From positions 434,001-498,000 of the forward strand of contig JALMLS010000255.1 of assembly GCA_038496445.1 (NCBI GenBank): a stretch of DNA of 64,000 nt, given 5' to 3'. Each line of letters starts with the position of its first letter. Position 1 is the first letter of the stretch. Under the pieces are notes generated by a model. It saw only the letters and a list, made by a program, of their open reading frames with translations, did not search any database and was not told the DNA's origin. This DNA is from Trichosphaerium sp. ATCC 40318. Its lineage: Eukaryota > Protista > Tubulinea. This document shows positions 12,862 to 26,200 of the stretch, in pieces. Both the position numbers and the translations under genes were made by a program.

Positions 12862-13938
12862 ATGGGTTTCCACGGGATTATAATCGCAGTGGACGACGAT
12901 AAAATAGAGCAATGGCAAAATGGCAAGATTAAAGAAGAAGAAGTAAAAGACTTTGGAAGTGGTAAAAAAAAAGTTGTTCCTCAGTATAAAAATCATTCTA
13001 TGCGTTATTTCTTAGGTCTGTATCATTTCAATAATATAATGAGGGAAGACAACCTCTCAAAACTTAACAAACATATCACTGGAACTCCAGAAAAAACAGC
13101 AAAGTACATCGTTGTTAAAGCAAAGATTCACGCATTAACTAAAGAGGGCTCAGTTACTACGTATATAACACTTGTTGATAACAGTAATAACTATACTAAG
13201 GGCGTATATGCTGACTCAGAACCTCATCATGATAAGCTTGAGAGGGGTGGTTGGTATTATTTCGCGCTTGAAAAAAACTTGTATTGTTCAAGCAATTGGT
13301 TTGCAGTGCATGCTACATTGCGTGTCAAGGATACAAATAAGAGTGACCCAATTACGGCAATAGCTAATGGTATTGATATGTACGATCCTTTTGGTACTGG
13401 TATACCATTGGAGATAGTTCTGAAGATAGAGATGAACTTAGACGCACAAGGACTTGTATCATTATCACGTGTTTCAAAAAAGTTCCTAGCATTTGGAATT
13501 GTCTACAACGATGAGTTATGGAAGAGTTTACATCAGCGTACATGGGACATACTACCTCTTAAATTCGTAATAAAGAACTGGGGATACAAAAGAGCGTACT
13601 TTGAAAAGATGAAGGAAGATAACAAAACGTACAACGAGAAATTCTGTAGTGTTGGTGAGAGACTAGTTGGAATAGAATCTGTTGAAAAGCTTATGGAGCA
13701 CTGTGGTATTGATTTCTTTCCCAACGCTATTACCGGCAATACCGTTCAAACAGTGGGGCGTCGCTTAATGTATCTTAGACTCAATGTTGTTAAGTCTATT
13801 TATGAGGCATTGATGAGCCTTGTCGATGAAAAGGATATACGCAGTATATTTTTTAAACGAACAGTTTATGATAATTTAAAAGCGTTCTCATATATTTGTA
13901 TACAAAGAAAGAGAGGATTTATGTGGTGTCACATGTAA
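12862..13938 (+). CDS. Intronless 358-aa protein with an internal F-box-like motif and a possible OB-fold N-terminal half
   Basis: Longest uninterrupted ORF in the window. GIPLEIVLKIEMNLDAQGLVSLSRVSKKF..DELWKSL is F-box-like. Confidence 0.65.
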   Translation: MGFHGIIIAVDDDKIEQWQNGKIKEEEVKDFGSGKKKVVPQYKNHSMRYFLGLYHFNNIMREDNLSKLNKHITGTPEKTAKYIVVKAKIHALTKEGSVTTYITLVDNSNNYTKGVYADSEPHHDKLERGGWYYFALEKNLYCSSNWFAVHATLRVKDTNKSDPITAIANGIDMYDPFGTGIPLEIVLKIEMNLDAQGLVSLSRVSKKFLAFGIVYNDELWKSLHQRTWDILPLKFVIKNWGYKRAYFEKMKEDNKTYNEKFCSVGERLVGIESVEKLMEHCGIDFFPNAITGNTVQTVGRRLMYLRLNVVKSIYEALMSLVDEKDIRSIFFKRTVYDNLKAFSYICIQRKRGFMWCHM

Positions 13939-14367
13939 TTGTAGCAATATTGTTGTCTCCCTTGCGATGAGGGATACAAAATAAACACCAGAATAAGAAG
14001 TACTTGATAGTCCACATTCTACATAGTTTCAAGTTCTAAATGATTGCCCCAAACTGTTCTAGTAGAACCTAGCACTTCAAATTTTAGACAAGGTAGGTAA
14101 AAACTCTTCAAGACCTCTTTTTTATCTGTCACAAATCAAAAGTTTGCTTACAAAGCTCGATACTAATTTTGTAATAAACAGGTTGTCTTTAGAAAAAGAC
14201 TGCGTGATGCGCGGAAAAAATGGTTGCCTTTGTACACATCAGATGTACGAAATATCAAATCACGTGGTTTTTTTGAAATCACGAACTACTTTCTGTTTTT
14301 TTCCTTCTTGCAAAGGTTTGCAGACTTTATTTTCAAGTACTGGATATTTGTGAGTCGGATAGTGAGA

Positions 14368-14990
14368 CAGACAATGATAAATTGTTTGAGTGGATAGAAC
14401 CAAAAACCGTAAAGCGAAATCCTTTAAATGGTGCCATATCATTTTGCGCTTGGTTTTTAGACGACGTGCCTTTGAAACCAAAAAACTACCGTTAGAGAAA
14501 AGCCAAGACTTTCTTTTTTCAGGGAGCAAAGACGAAAACAGCCACAACAACATGGAGTATCGGCTTGAACTCTGTTTGGCCTTTATTGTAGAGGTATCCC
14601 ATTCGTAGGTGATAAGGGTTTACTGTTACCTCGTGCAGCTCCGTTGTGGTTTTTTTGTCTTTCTTCTCTCCACCAAATGCGTACACTAGCCACTAGTAAT
14701 CCTTTATAAAGGCTCTTACTCTTATTCCTTGTGAGTTCTTTGCTGCAACTTTGTTAGTTTTTGTCTGTTTACCCTCACTGCGATTGAATAGCGCAAGTAT
14801 ACCTCACAAGCACTAGAAGTTGGTCACTATTTTTTTACGCAAGAGTCCTCTGCTTACCACTCCACTGTTAGCGCTCTTCCACTGGTATAGTAGTACTATG
14901 CGCGTAGTAGCGTAGAAAGTATAGACATACACATTCTCCCGAAAACGGACATGTTGACTTGCACTTAAACGGCTTTTTTGCGTCTCGCTT
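14368..14990. repeat. Dispersed repeat, copy A (inverted relative to 62107-62892)
   Basis: For example, 14581 ctttattgtagaggtatcccattcgtaggtgataagggtttactgttacc is the reverse complement of ~62635-62684. The core is near-identical and the flanks more diverged. Confidence 0.9.
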
Positions 14991-15095
14991 ACAACGCTCC
15001 TGAAACGCATACAAATTATCGAGCTTGGCTCTGTTACGCCAATAAAGCCCACACAGGGGCAGAAACGTGTAACTCAGAAAGTAAACGCAACCTTT

Positions 15096-15809
15096 ATGAG
15101 TACGATGCTACAAGTACTATGTGTGCTTGTTTTTGCGATAGTAGTCCTATGTGCACCAGCTGAAGAGTGGGAATCGGATGTAACTCGTTGCACAAAGAAG
15201 CGAACACCGATTTACGATGAAAAGAGGGTACAAACAGGCGAATACTTGGATAAATTCACAAAAGTAAACGTATGGCAAGGCTACAGTGGGTTTGTTCGCG
15301 TAGAAATGTACACAGAGACAGTACGACCATTGAGCTAGGCGTTTTAGAAAGAACTTACTTTAAACTAGTGGATTAGCGCTAAGGACTTGCGTATGACGTG
15401 CCCAAAACCAACTCCTACGCCAAGACCTACACATAGGCCTACGCCTAGGGCTACACCTAGACCTACACCAACACCAAAGCCAAACAACGGTGGGAATCTA
15501 CCTCCAGTTCAAGAAACCTGTGTTGCTTCTTACTACGCTAATTACTTTAATGGAAGAAGAACTGCTGGTGGTAATCTATTTTATAACAGCGGTGTTTATT
15601 GTGCACATGGATGGCTTCCTTTTGGTACAAAAGTCTTTATTCATAACCTAGAAAATGGAAAAAACAGTCATTGTATTGTTGATGATAGAGGAGCTTTTAA
15701 TCAGCTTGGAAGATGTATTGATTTATCTCAGCGTACCTTTAGAGAGCTTGGACCTTTATCAGCGGGTCTTCACAGGAAGCTTCAATTGCGTTATGTATTA
15801 CCTAATTAA
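15096..15809 (+). CDS. Secreted RlpA-like double-psi beta-barrel (DPBB) protein with Pro/Thr linker; one intron ~15321-15368
   Basis: Signal peptide MSTMLQVLCVLVFAIVVLCA; PTPTPRPT linker; ASYYANYFNGRRTAGGNLF..CAHGWLPFGTKVFIHNLENGK..VDDRGAF..IDLSQRTFRELG matches the bacterial RlpA signature. Confidence 0.85.
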
Positions 15810-16107
15810 TCTTGTTTTTTTGATACAAAAACTATCAACAATAAATGTCCACTAGTGCAACACGTGTCAAGAAATTTTCATTCTTTCCCGTAATAAATGA
15901 GGTACAAAAAACGTGATTACAGATTTTTTTTGCGTCAAAATCTTTCAACTCATTGTTAGTTACAAAAAAAACAACTGAAACTTGTTTACCGACTTTTGGT
16001 CTTTGTTTAATTAGCGTACTTGAGCTTCAGAATTCTATTTGTGTTTCAGTAATGGTATCTGTTGCAAAGTCCGCGATCTGAGCATACTAGCTGCTGGATA
16101 CTTTATC

Positions 16108-16966
16108 TCACTTTTCCTGTTTAATTTTTTTCAATTGGCCATTCGCATACCAAATCTTGCGCTCGCCATGTTGTTTGTTATTTATATAATAACAACACTC
16201 GTTCAACTGACCATTGAAATGCCAGCGATTGTACTCTCCTTCTCTATGCCCATTGGCATACTTTTGCTTTTCCCATATCTGGCCATTATAGTACCAACGA
16301 GTGAAGTATCCTTCTAGTTTACCATTGATATAAAAGCAAAGTAAACACGGTTGGCCAGTTGTATACCATGTCTTTTTCACCCCATCTGGCTGGTTGTTAA
16401 CAAAGTGGCTGTGCGACATTAATTGTCCGTTTGCATGCCATTGGTAGCAATCTCCTTCACGTGAGCCCTCAACATAGTGACACTTCTTTTTCAATTTACC
16501 TTTGTCAGACCATGTCTTGTACTCTCCATTTAATTTGTTGGAAATAAAATTACATTTTACTACCAATATTCCACTTTCATCCCAACATTTGTACTCACCC
16601 TCACGTTTGTCATTTATATAATTGAACTCCTCCCACAACTGACCATTTTCGAACCAACGCTTGAATTCTCCATCACGTTGACCATCTCTCCAATACACTC
16701 TGCGTACTACAACCTTTTTTTTGGAGTGTATTCTGAGCCACGTACCATATTTATTCAACTGAGCATCAAACCTAGTGGTAATTGCGGTGTGTTTCGATAG
16801 TAATGGCCACTTTAAATACACTTCATAGTCCATGTCTATTATATCGAGCTGTAGCTCAACTGGGAGGCACAATAAATGGCCCTTGGTAGTTTTGCTAGTA
16901 CTTTTCTGTTTGTTGTTGTTAGAAAGTTAGGCTGTGTGGGCTTGTTACCTTCTCTAATTCTGTCAT
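16108..16966 (-). CDS. F-box-like + MORN-variant (YwqK-like) repeat protein with a single 5' intron
   Basis: Repeats of G.(Y/F)K.W..NGQL...C.Y.....(E/D)G. MTELEK (ATG 16966) splices gtaac..aacag in frame to KSTSKTTKGHLLCLPVELQLDII. Confidence 0.8.
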
Positions 16967-17058
16967 GGGTTTCAGTACGAAATTAAATTTGATACGACAA
17001 GCCTTGACTGGCCGTTGATTTTAGTCGGGACTTTTATTTTATTTTGGCACATATTTTT

Positions 17059-19655
17059 TTAGTACACAGTATAAGTTCCTCCAAGCATAAATGGATTGTA
17101 GTTGCTATCAGTGAGTGCAGCCCAGGCTACAAGAGAGCATTAGTTAACGTGATAATCAACGGTTAGTAAACAAGAGTACCTGTTGATGCAGCTGATAGGA
17201 AAGGATTCGCCCACCATCCAAAAGGAATGTAGTATCTAAAACAGGATTAACACTTCTTGGTATCTTTTTTTTTTTTGCGAAAGTTACCTCTTGTTAGCGT
17301 ATAAGATTCCTGTAGACGGTATGCGATTGATTGTATGTGTTTGTACTAGCTCGTTATCTATCTGTTCTCTCATAAAATCGGCCTCCTTTTGATATTGGGC
17401 TTGGTCGCTCGCGTTAGGAGAGAGGTTGGCGAAAACTCGGAGCTATGAAAGAAAGTTTGAGTTACTAACAACTTTGTTTAAAGAAAACGTACCATATTAA
17501 TAGCACCAAAACTCCATTCACCTATTTTTTGTTATCACGTGAAGTAGGAAAATTATCACGTGCCAGAAAAGACTTGGTCTTCTACATTGTTACTGTATCC
17601 AACACCTTTAGCCATACCACTCTCTGGGTTATAAGCGTAACCTCCAATTTTCTTTGTTGATTCCTAAAATAGCAAAATCAATAAGAGCCTTTTTTTTTAT
17701 GGTTCTTGTTTCTCTTACCCAAACGCCTGCAGCTGTTCCAGCACCTAGCCATTTATCTATGTTCACAGGACCGAGCACTGACATTACCCTACCATCAAAA
17801 TAAATACAGCAAGAATAAAAGAGGTGCTCGTACCATGTTTGACAATCAACAGCAAAGAAAGGTTCCTGTAAGACACGCAATTACTATTACTTGCAGCGAT
17901 GACATTCATTCATACCTTTACCCATGTCCATGTCTTTGTTTGTCCATCGTAAAAACCTCCTTGTCTGAAGTACTGATACTCAGGACTGTACGCTTCAATG
18001 CAGATAAGAATGAAGCACATACAATATTTTTCAAACGCACCAGATTTAAGGTACGTCTCAATGCTTGATGTCAAGTTTTGAATGATTGGGATGTATGACT
18101 GGTATGGTTTACTCGCTTTGGTAGTAAGAATGTGCTCAAGAATTTTTAGGCCACCATAAACGGACGCTTGGTTTTCGGTAGCTTGGAACAACGTAAGAAA
18201 AACTTGAGAAAGTAGAGGTGTTCTTACAAATTACATATCCGGCCAATCCGTCAAATTCGTACGTATTATGAGGAGCCTATGTAGTTAAATAAGCTGGAGA
18301 AGATAGTAGTAATAAATTATACTAATCTACATACATAGTGGATACCACCAACAGATTTAACAAGCATATAAGGAAGGGATGTTACAAAGTCAATAGAAAA
18401 TTGTAACTCCGAATCTGGAATGCTATCAATATCTTTACCATGACGAAGGTACGCCTAAAATAAACTTAATAGGAGTCGCTATATAAAATAATAGTATAAT
18501 ACCATCTGCAGAGGTGCTGTAAGACGAGCCCATGCGTTCTCACCAAGAATAGGTTTGTAATCATTCCAGCTCCAAAGTATTTTTAAATCAGGACATCTAA
18601 CATCATAGACGCCTTCAAGACTTTTTCCTCAGCGAATTAGTACACAAACAACAAACTAACAAGTTAACATACGCAAAAACGTTTGAAATAGCTCTAAAGA
18701 ACCAAGCATTTGGACGACCTAAACTGATAGGTGGATCATCTCTACAAAGATATCAGAATACCAATCATGTCTTTTTGTTCGAAGGTACCCGTAACAAAAA
18801 CCACATTTTCCTTGTTGTTGAGGATCAGTGCCTAAACAACCTCATCAGCAAATACGTAATAATATCAGTGTATCTTGAGAGTACATTGTCCCCATTTCGT
18901 GACTCCAGAACATGAAGCTGATGCCATTATCGACCCGTTGCCAAATTGACACGTGCGTACGCCTTTAAGGACTTTTGAAAGATAGGTCTGAAAGTTTCGT
19001 TAATATTGCATCTTTGCTGTTCACGTACTTGAGGTAAGTCATCGTTTCCCAATACCTCTAATGCGATACTCCATACAGCGCCATCGTAAATATTAAGACT
19101 AAACAACTTTAAGACTTTTTTCTCATTCCACTTTGTTTTAAAAAGGAAATTGCGCTCGTACCCAACTTTTGTTATCCAACGTTCTGTTTGGTATCTATTC
19201 CCGTGTATGAGTACAAACCATAAATGTCCAACTCAAACGTACTGATAAGCATCCAAAAGCTCAGGTTCAATCATTCTATTTTGGCAAGGAGGAACCTAAA
19301 CGTAAAATCACCTTCGTAAAAAAAAGCCCAAAACGTAAAAATTTATCACGTGACAAGACAAATCTTATGAACATTCAATACGTACCTTTTCACCAACCTT
19401 GGCTTTTCGAACAGGTGGTACGTGCTATTTTTCAATCAGTGGGAAATGTAAAACTTTCAATTTAGGGAGTACCATATCCGCTGGGACGTTGTCGTAGTAA
19501 TTAGCAGGGTACTCAAAGTACGACAGAGGGAAAACTGGGTCTGCATCGCAGTGAGGGGTGTAAAGGTTGTTTACAAGAAATTTCTGCCATTGGGTAGGGT
19601 CTGCGCAGTACGCGGAACAAAGAAAAATCGCAATGAGGAGTAATGATCGAGCCAT
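17059..19655 (-). CDS. Secreted uncharacterised protein, putative (alpha/alpha)6 six-hairpin glycosidase-like
   Basis: Signal peptide MARSLLLIAIFLCSAYCA. Spliced motifs GENAWARL, TENQASVYGGL, FAVDCQTW, EWSFGAINM, IPFGWWANP and YNPFMLGG. The fold assignment is inference. Confidence 0.65.
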
Positions 19656-19823
19656 GCGAAGAGATCTAAACTTAATTGCTGCTAAGCAAGCTTTCCTGAA
19701 AGTGTAGAATCGCCTAATTACCTCAGGTGTAGTTGATAGTGTCTGTATCAATACCATTGAGTAAGCTAACATTGAAGACTTAAAGCGGACTGTTTTCTTA
19801 CGCTTTTAAGTTAAAATGCTACC

Positions 19824-20887
19824 ATGGGTAACAACCAAGGAACAGAAACACCCAAGCGTATATCACTAGCGTCTATCATCGATTCTGATTGCTCTGGGCA
19901 TACAAAAGCAGTAACCGATTTCACAACATACATAAAAGAACACGGTTACGCATTGCTAGATGGCACTGATGAAGTTATAAACAATGTACAAGCGTATAAA
20001 CAAAGTGCCCAGCTTTTTTTCCAACAAAGCAGCCAAATTAAACAGAAATACGCTCAAGATATAAGATCAAATGACAGGACGCGAGGTTATAACATTACAG
20101 ACAAAAATAAAGAGTACATAAAGGTAATTCCACTTACGCTACACCCAAATAACACTAGAAGTGTAGATACAATGATGCAGATGGCATGATACCTGACACG
20201 GGCACATTTCGTGACAGCTTCAGAAGAGCGTTTTCAAGCATCAGATCCATGTCTTGGACTCTATTTTCACGTACTGCTGGCCTTGTGTTACGATAGAACC
20301 AAACTTATTTCAAGTAGATCTAGCAGCTACACAAATACTCCTAAATGACGGTACTACGCGGAAACTTCTTCCAGACGCCGATATGGTTGAAATCAATAAA
20401 GTACTTCAATACTTTTATTTGAAAAAGTGCCTAGAATCCTAACTATTCTTTAGATTGTCGATTCCAGATCATCTCTTGGTGCAATACACTACTTCGCACA
20501 ACAGCAGGTACTACAAACAACAAGCCTATGGGATTCACAAAGTGCTAGAAAGACAACGATGAAGAAAACAATGATACACGTGTTGCCTCTAAAGAGCATC
20601 GTGACACTGGGCTCTTCACTGTTGGTTTCGTAGCAGACACACCTGGACTAGAAATATATGGTACTGAGAGCATTAATGCAAGTTTCTCAAGTGTACTAGA
20701 TAAAAAGCAAGGGACTTTTATGTCAATAGAACAACTTGTCCCACCAGGAACGATTGCAGTTTGGCTAGGGGAGAAGATGCCTCTATTCAGCGGATCATCT
20801 AATTTTAATGCAACACCTCATAGAGTCATATTAAAAAGAGCAAAAGAGCGGTATGCTACTGTATTTCTTTTAGATGTAGGCTTGTAA
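19824..20887 (+). CDS. 2-oxoglutarate/Fe(II)-dependent oxygenase (isopenicillin N synthase-like)
   Basis: HGYALL N-terminal motif; KEHRDTGLFTV (HxD); GLEIY; WLGEKM..ATPHRV (distal His); RYATVF. The MGNNQG start could be myristoylated. Confidence 0.85.
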
Positions 20888-21380
20888 ATGTAATATAAAT
20901 GAAAATTCAAAAAAAATTATTAAGGCAACTGTCAGCAACATTGTTGCTTACATTATAGAACAGCTACGTAGACATCGATACCGATTAGGCTCGCTGTGAA
21001 CGTTATCGACAAAATTACTCATTGTGGTTATTAAAAAAACAAATGCTATCGCTCTTAGTAAACCACGTGCTTTGTATTATAGTTACGTAAGTTATTTGGT
21101 TTATTCCATAATGCGTAGTACGGTTACTCGTGTATATTTATCACTACATCGTGGTGTATGTCATAAGATAAACATGAAGCGATTGAAGTGAAAGCGGGTA
21201 CAATAATCCGAGTTGGAAAACTGTACAATGACCAAGAGGTTCAAAAGCCAGTAAGCGTTTGTGCACGCTCTGTTAAGGTCAGTACAACCAAAAAAGACTA
21301 TCATTCACTATTTAACCAACAAAGGTGACACGCAAGGAATAAGAATTACAATGACTAAAGTATTAAAACGTCGCCTCACT

Positions 21381-23055
21381 ATGTCGTCGCGTAAGAGAGG
21401 CGCTACTGGGGCTAGTCAGCCGTCTCTTTTGTTAAAAATTCCAATTATCTTTGGAAAGTCACAACAGCCACGCTATCATCTTATTGTAAGACATACATCT
21501 GCGCAGGTACGGGTTGAAAGTTTTTTTTAAATACTGCTACCACTTCGTCAATTACATCAAAAAGATCATTTGCTCGCTTTCTTGAGCACGTGGGATTCTT
21601 TAATTCACGTTTTTGAAACGTTTTTTATTTTAATTTTGCACGTTTTTTTCTTCATTACGCAAGTTTTTGTTGATGCACCATAGCGTCTTGGTGAATATGA
21701 CGCCGTTATTGCGTTGTTAAAATCAGATAAACTCATAAGCGTTCTGATACCTGTTGATGAACAAGATTTACATCAACAAGAGTTCGAGGTGAATGTCGCA
21801 TTCTTGGGCAAGATAAATGCGGGTACAACTTTTAGTTTTTCTTTCCGCATTCGCTTTCTTACAATTATGGAGGTAAAACGTTTGTCATGAATCTAATTAC
21901 TGGTGCTAACGCTGAAAACTTACCACACAAGAGTACAGAGGGCATATCTATAAAACGGTAAACGTTACACAAACCGATCTGAAGTATAATCTTGTTTTCT
22001 CAATCGCTTTTAGTTGGGTCATTTCAGGGAGCCTTCACGGCGCGTTAATGGGTACGATAAACGGAACTTCTTCGTTAAAAAACGTTTATTTGATTAACCA
22101 TAAAATACAGTTGACACTGAAGGCACAGACCGAATAGTCCCAAATCCGCTAAAAGAGTGTTTTGAATGTACAGTTTTTTTCTATTTCAACAAAATCGTAT
22201 TTAACTTGCCTTCAGCCGAAGGAGTAGCATCTTGGGGCAAATACCACGATTATATACAACAAACACTCGCTCTTAGTATATCTACACTACCTATATTAGG
22301 TACGCAGCTACAAAGCAATCACATAGCTCGACAAAGCTTACCATCCACGTGATTAAGAAAAATAAACTAAATCGACTTTTATCTAGTTACAACTGAACCT
22401 TCTGTGTCTATGAGACATCAAGCAATAAAAATTATGCAATATACTGGCGCTTGTATCGAGAAAGAAGGTGCCACTTTTTACAACCCACATGTTTGGTGCT
22501 TAACTGTTTTCTAACTTTCTATTGTTAGGAGCTACTAAACCGCCTATTCTTATTATAGTTTATAATTTCTACCAGTTTGCAAAGAGGAAGCAAGTCACAT
22601 CACTATTTAACGTAAGGAATCAGACAATTGAACATTTTTTTTTTTGGTGTTTTTTTTAAATTGAAAAAAATAATAGGCGTCTGTTGTTCAAGCGTTCAAT
22701 TGCCGGTATGATGATATTTTCACCTGTTATTACTCTACGTCACGCGTTAAAAATACGTTATTTCGTATATATCATGTGCCACTTGGTCGTGCAGGAACAA
22801 AAGCCGGTAAGGAACAAACAAAAAGTACAGGTCAAGAAAAATATTAATTTCGAAAAAAGGAGAGCATTTTAACGCAAATTCAATTAAGGCTCTAAAGAAC
22901 ATTATCAGTTTACAAGCGGATAAACGAGCACAAGCACCAAGCCCATCTATGCTAAAAGGTCTGAAGGTACGATATAATTATTCTATTCTGGGTTAACACT
23001 GAATCTAAAGGATGCTATTCAACAAAATGTTGTGAGAAATTATTTTGACAAGTGA
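21381..23055 (+). CDS. P-loop GTPase-like protein, multi-exon (start approximate)
   Basis: Spliced NVAFLGKINAG|KTFVMNLITG (G1), KSTEGISIK (G2) and VDTEGTD (G3, DTEG as in GBP/atlastin-type GTPases). Confidence 0.65.
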
Positions 23056-23279
23056 TACAAAGGACGAGGAAGGGATTGTGTTTTTTTATAAAGGCGTAGT
23101 TGTATTATGTAGATTTAAGTGTAACTCCTAGGACAATGTATAATACTCAGAAATATCTTGGGTAACCTCACTATCGTTACAAGGAAAATCCAACAGTCAA
23201 GTTTAATAAAGTTGATAAAAAATTAATGTATTCACGTTTCTGCACTTGTTCTTCTAAAGCCTTGCCATAGTATTTTTAC

Positions 23280-26200
23280 TTATTCCTCTCCTTCTTGTAC
23301 ACCAAATTTTCTGTCATATTTCACTTAAATCTTTATTAATAGTACAGGAAATGTTTCAACATCTCCAACGCAACCACTGGTTGAGTGTTTCGATTTCTTT
23401 TGATTCAACAACATCGTCATAAGTTTTCACTAGCTATACTGCTCTTATTACCCTTTGCAGTCTCTATTGGGTTTGTGGAGTCAGAGTATACGTCATTGAG
23501 TGTTTTGACAACACGATGTATCTTATACAAAAAAAGTCCATTTACGGTAATAGCTAAAAAACGCGAATTAGTAAGTCATGTACACCTTGGTGTAAAATCA
23601 ATCGTACCAGCACCCAGCATAGCAAAAGAAGATACTAATATAAACTGAGTATATCTTTCAATATCATCTGGAATCGATAGAGCGACACATATGATTGAGA
23701 AGAAGAGCACATTGTACACAGAATAGAATATAATTTTTGATTCGTTGTATAGTCTCAACGGTATCTCGCGTACTCTGTAAGCTAAGACCGCCCCAAATCC
23801 CAGTAGAACAGCCTATGTTAATTACTGCTGTGAAGTTGCATTTGAAAGTTGTACGTTTAATGCAACGAGAAATCCAGCCATTATTGTGAATGTTTGATTT
23901 GCAGTGCATTGATAGTAATTATAACTAACACGAATTTCATCAACTACTACAACCTGACGTCGTATGTCACCAAATGCTGTCTGTTTAAGAGATAAGATAG
24001 GAAACAACAGTATTTCAGTGTACCATAACTGCAAGGATAATGACGTGTACAATGACAAGACCTAGTACCCATGATAGCACTACCAAATTAGAAATTTGGA
24101 AAATTTCAGTTGTTTTGACGCTCCATAGTCTCTCAATACGAAATGTCATTTGAAACCTAATAAATACCATGGAGAGCATAATGTTACTATTGTGAACGTA
24201 CTTTTGCAAAGAAAGGTCTAAAAAAAAGTCACACTGAATAAGCACAAGTTAGTACATACCCAAACAGTAAAATGAAGCCTATATCAACTAGCCATGGTAG
24301 AGCAGAGCACGTGACATTTGTAACAACATTTGGTAGGAACACGAATACACTACAATATAATGTGATACTTCCTAGCAATAGAACACACATAAAAACAGGA
24401 GAAGATGCCTAAGAACCAATCAAAGTGAGAAAAAGGTCAAAAAGCAAACCTTGATAGAACGATTTAAGCCAGGTGAACACCCGAACAAGTACACTACAAG
24501 AGTAAATGCAAGCCAACACAAACTATTTAGGATAAGAATAGTAGATACTATAACCATCACTATCTCTGTCCAATGACCTGTTGATAAGCTTTAGGTCAAA
24601 CTGTTGCAAAGGTAGAAATTACTTACCAAACTGTGGATCAAAGATTCTTTCTTTCCAAGTGGGCATTGGGAATACAAGCTGTGTTTGTTGGATGGATACA
24701 GGTGAAACAAGCTTTGCTATGCCGTTTCTCACTTGAACCATAGTACTCTCTAGCTGTTGTTGATTAAGAGTATCCCACCCGAAGGTACCAATAACTGTAT
24801 CAATCTTCATTCGTATAAGCGTTTCTGTTAGTTCATTTTGCATAAACAAAAAGCCACTATCCTCAGTCTGAAAAAACGTGTTAACAACTATTACGGGTAA
24901 ACCAATCTACTACTAATACTTACAACGTTATTTGTAGTGGTACAAGTTCCTTCAAAGTTACTGATGCGCAATCTACCATTTGAATCAAGCTACACAAAAT
25001 AAGGTTAGTTTTTTTTTAAGATTCTTCGCACCTCAAATTTATAGTCCTTGTCCATTGCTTCAAGACCAATCTTGAGCATCAGCCCAGGTACAATGGCGTC
25101 AAACATAAGCGATTCCAATGTAGTATTCATTTGTGTCTTGAAGTCTTGTGAAAGATACGTCGCATTGTGGAAATACTCTGTGTTTGGAAAGTTTGTTTCG
25201 CTATCAAACTAAAGAAAAAACAGTAAATTAGTCTGTTTCAGCTGATCCGTCCGTACACTTCTGATGGCTGTTTCGTACTCCCAATATTTTCCAATATTTT
25301 TGGGGTATGGAGAAACAAAAGCACGCGGTGTATATCCCACTTCTTGCATAACTTCAACGATGTAATTTCCGTATGAATGGGTACAGTATATCCATACATC
25401 TGGGTCATGTTCTTTAATAGCACGAAGTGTCTCATTCTTAACATGTGACCTTACTTCATTGTAAAAAGTTCTATTACCGGCATAGCTATTTGGAGTATGT
25501 ATACCTGAAGAGTACCTTAGCACAACAAAAAAAATAAACAAAAGTGTACCGAAATTTAAGAGATTCATTGAGCCGGAAAGTGAGAGACCTTGCTTTTTCA
25601 TCTCTTGCACAAAATCCGGATGTAAGCAGCTTGTTTCTGTGTGGTTACTACGCTGAATGATGAATACAGTTTTGGCCCCAACAACTCGAAAGTTTGGTAA
25701 CACAATCCTAAACAAAGAGCACTAAGAGAGCTGTACAATGGTCTTGGGGTGCGTACTGAAATTCTTTACTATTAGATATACGTAAAGGTAAGACGCGTTT
25801 TCTTTGAAGTGGTATATCAGTGTCTTTGTTTATCCAACTCACTAGAACTGATATTAGAAACTTAGAGCATAGCAGCTAAAAATAAATGGTATCTTACATA
25901 ACATCCAACCTGCATCTTCTGTTACCTGAGCAGCAGCACGTGCCATACTTCCAGCGTAAGGACCAAAAAGAAACGAAGTCATTTTACTACCAATATGCTC
26001 CGTATAAATCTGTTCGACGTTTTCCGTACGGAACCCGTCGTCTTTTATATCATACTCAATAGTGAGTTGTAAATTACTATTCGGAAGCTATTTAAAAAGA
26101 TTAATCACGTGCGGAGAAATGGGTTATGCTACAATTTAGGACTCCCATTTGGAGATCTCAACCTAAAAGTGGCTGTAATACCGCCGTTATGATGCTTATG

